From Candidatus Fraserbacteria bacterium (GTDB taxonomy: Bacteria; Bipolaricaulota; Bipolaricaulia; RBG-16-55-9): 16,431 nt of DNA. Shown here piece after piece: positions 15,297-16,431 of this stretch. The DNA is taken from contig JBBIOR010000014.1 in assembly GCA_037443265.1 (NCBI GenBank), positions 29,410 through 45,840 on the forward strand, read 5' to 3'. The notes under the pieces are model-generated. The model searched no databases and was not told where the DNA came from. It saw nothing but the letters and a program-made list of their open reading frames with translations. Numbering within the stretch: position 1 is the first letter of the stretch; every line of letters begins with the position of its first letter. The translations under genes and the position numbers were made by a program.

Positions 15297-15310
15297 AAAG
15301 GAGCGAAACC

Positions 15311-15829
15311 ATGGCAAAACCCAAGGAGCAGAAGCGAAAGCTCAAGGTGAGACGGTGGCGGATCTTGATCTTTGGGATCGTCGTTGTGGTGGTGCTTGGC
15401 ACAGCTGTACTGTTGCTGAAGTCGGCCTTGGCTCCGCCGAGCATCCCCGCCTCGCTCGAGACCTCCGCTGCGGCGAAGGTCGTGACTCTTTATGCCGATA
15501 TGGCGGGCTTTAGGCTGGCGGGATCCGCCCAAGCGGGCTCAGCACATGAATCTCATGCCCCAGCTGCCCCTGTGGTTATCAAAGCCAAGGTGAACGAACC
15601 GCTCACGGTTCGACTCATCAGCTTAGACAATCAGTTTCATATAGATGGGGGCGGCAAGCATCAGTTCGCGATTGACGAGTTGAAGGTCAACATCATCGCG
15701 CCGCCGGAGGGGGTGGCTCAGGCGACGTTTACACCCACGGAGCCCGGGACGTACGAGTTCTACTGCGACATCTGCTGTGGCGGCCGGGCCAACCCCACCA
15801 TGCGTGGGCAGCTGATCGTCGAGTCATGA
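15311..15829 (+). CDS. Membrane-anchored cupredoxin-domain protein with atypical CuA-like motif
   Basis: RBS AAAGGAG before ATG 15311. Basic N-terminus plus TM, then KHQFAID ... FTPTEPGTYEFYCDICCGGRANPTMRGQLIVE. Confidence 0.85.
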   Translation: MAKPKEQKRKLKVRRWRILIFGIVVVVVLGTAVLLLKSALAPPSIPASLETSAAAKVVTLYADMAGFRLAGSAQAGSAHESHAPAAPVVIKAKVNEPLTVRLISLDNQFHIDGGGKHQFAIDELKVNIIAPPEGVAQATFTPTEPGTYEFYCDICCGGRANPTMRGQLIVES

Positions 15830-16431
15830 GCGCGCTCACGCAGGTCTCCGCCCGCAAGGTCCTCCTCGCTGCGGCCGTCGCCGTGGGAGTGCTGGGGATG
15901 GCTGTCTTCTTGGGGCTGCGGCATCCCGCGGCCCCGGAGATCCCGATGAGCCCGCTGTTCCCGGCCATTACCCTCGGCACGGTCATCGTGGCTGGCGCTG
16001 TGGATGGGCTCAACCCTTGTGCCTTCACGGTGCTCTTGCTCTTCATCACAGCGCTTTTGGCCACGTTGCAGTTGAAAAGCCCTCAAGATATAGCCCAGAG
16101 CGTGGCGGCTGTGCGGGCGAGGCTGATCGGCCTGGGCTCGATCTACATTGCCGCGATCTTCTTGACGTATCTAGCTCTGGGTGCAGGCCTGCTGGTGACC
16201 GCCGATCTCTTCGTTCGGGGGCATCTGCCGGCGCGCATAGGAGCGCTGCTGGCCATCATAATGGGGCTCTGGATGCTCAAGGACTACTTCCTGCCTGAGC
16301 TAGGGTTGCGCCTTGCGGCCCCTGCGGCCGTGGGCCGCTGGGCTCGCGAGGCCGCCCGCAAGATGACCGTGCCTGCGCTGGCTCTAGGCGGCGTTTTGAT
16401 CGGGCTGTGTACTGTGCCCTGCAGCGGCGCG
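15826..16431 (+). CDS. CcdA/DsbD-type transmembrane thiol-disulfide electron transfer protein (3'-truncated by window edge)
   Basis: Not in the ORF track because it has no stop in the window. ATGA overlap at 15826; translation MSALTQVSARKVLL...GAVDGLNPCAFTVLLLFI...GGVLIGLCTVPCSGA contains the two PC motifs of the CcdA family. Confidence 0.85.
   Translation, partial: MSALTQVSARKVLLAAAVAVGVLGMAVFLGLRHPAAPEIPMSPLFPAITLGTVIVAGAVDGLNPCAFTVLLLFITALLATLQLKSPQDIAQSVAAVRARLIGLGSIYIAAIFLTYLALGAGLLVTADLFVRGHLPARIGALLAIIMGLWMLKDYFLPELGLRLAAPAAVGRWAREAARKMTVPALALGGVLIGLCTVPCSGA

Noticed and set aside
15221..15310. Upstream extension of the third cupredoxin
   Set aside because: Overlaps the NfeD-like gene; a clear AAAGGAG precedes ATG 15311.
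16017..16298. 93-aa ORF listed in the track
   Set aside because: The real gene is the stop-less frame starting at 15826 with CcdA motifs.

Overview
GC-rich bacterial locus built almost entirely around copper and extracytoplasmic redox functions. From left to right: (1) the 3' part of a CRP/FNR-family regulator. (2) Two tandem copies of a module in which a NarL-type response regulator and a HisKA_3 sensor kinase (minus strand) are transcribed divergently from a Tat-exported blue-copper cupredoxin (plus strand). The two copies share a conserved divergent promoter with an AGGGACAAAyrTCC box. (3) Downstream of the second cupredoxin, a tightly coupled Rieske/cytochrome b operon (DOMON heme-domain protein, FbcX-like membrane subunit, Rieske protein, unsplit cytochrome b, small unknown ORF). 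It contains no CxxCH cytochrome c, and one Rieske Fe-ligand Cys is replaced by Ser. (4) A new promoter with an FNR-like box, then a secreted Cys-containing leader ORF ending in RPP (CutF/CruR-like arrest-peptide candidate) followed by an anti-Shine-Dalgarno. This precedes a long copper operon: Met-rich protein, DUF1573-like protein, CopA P1B-ATPase, small Cys-bearing membrane proteins, an orphan Tat-exported solute-binding protein, DUF2933-like and NfeD-like proteins, a CuA-like cupredoxin and a 3'-truncated CcdA/DsbD-type protein. No RNA genes, mobile elements or CRISPR arrays were seen. Family assignments come from motif recognition only; no database searches were run.
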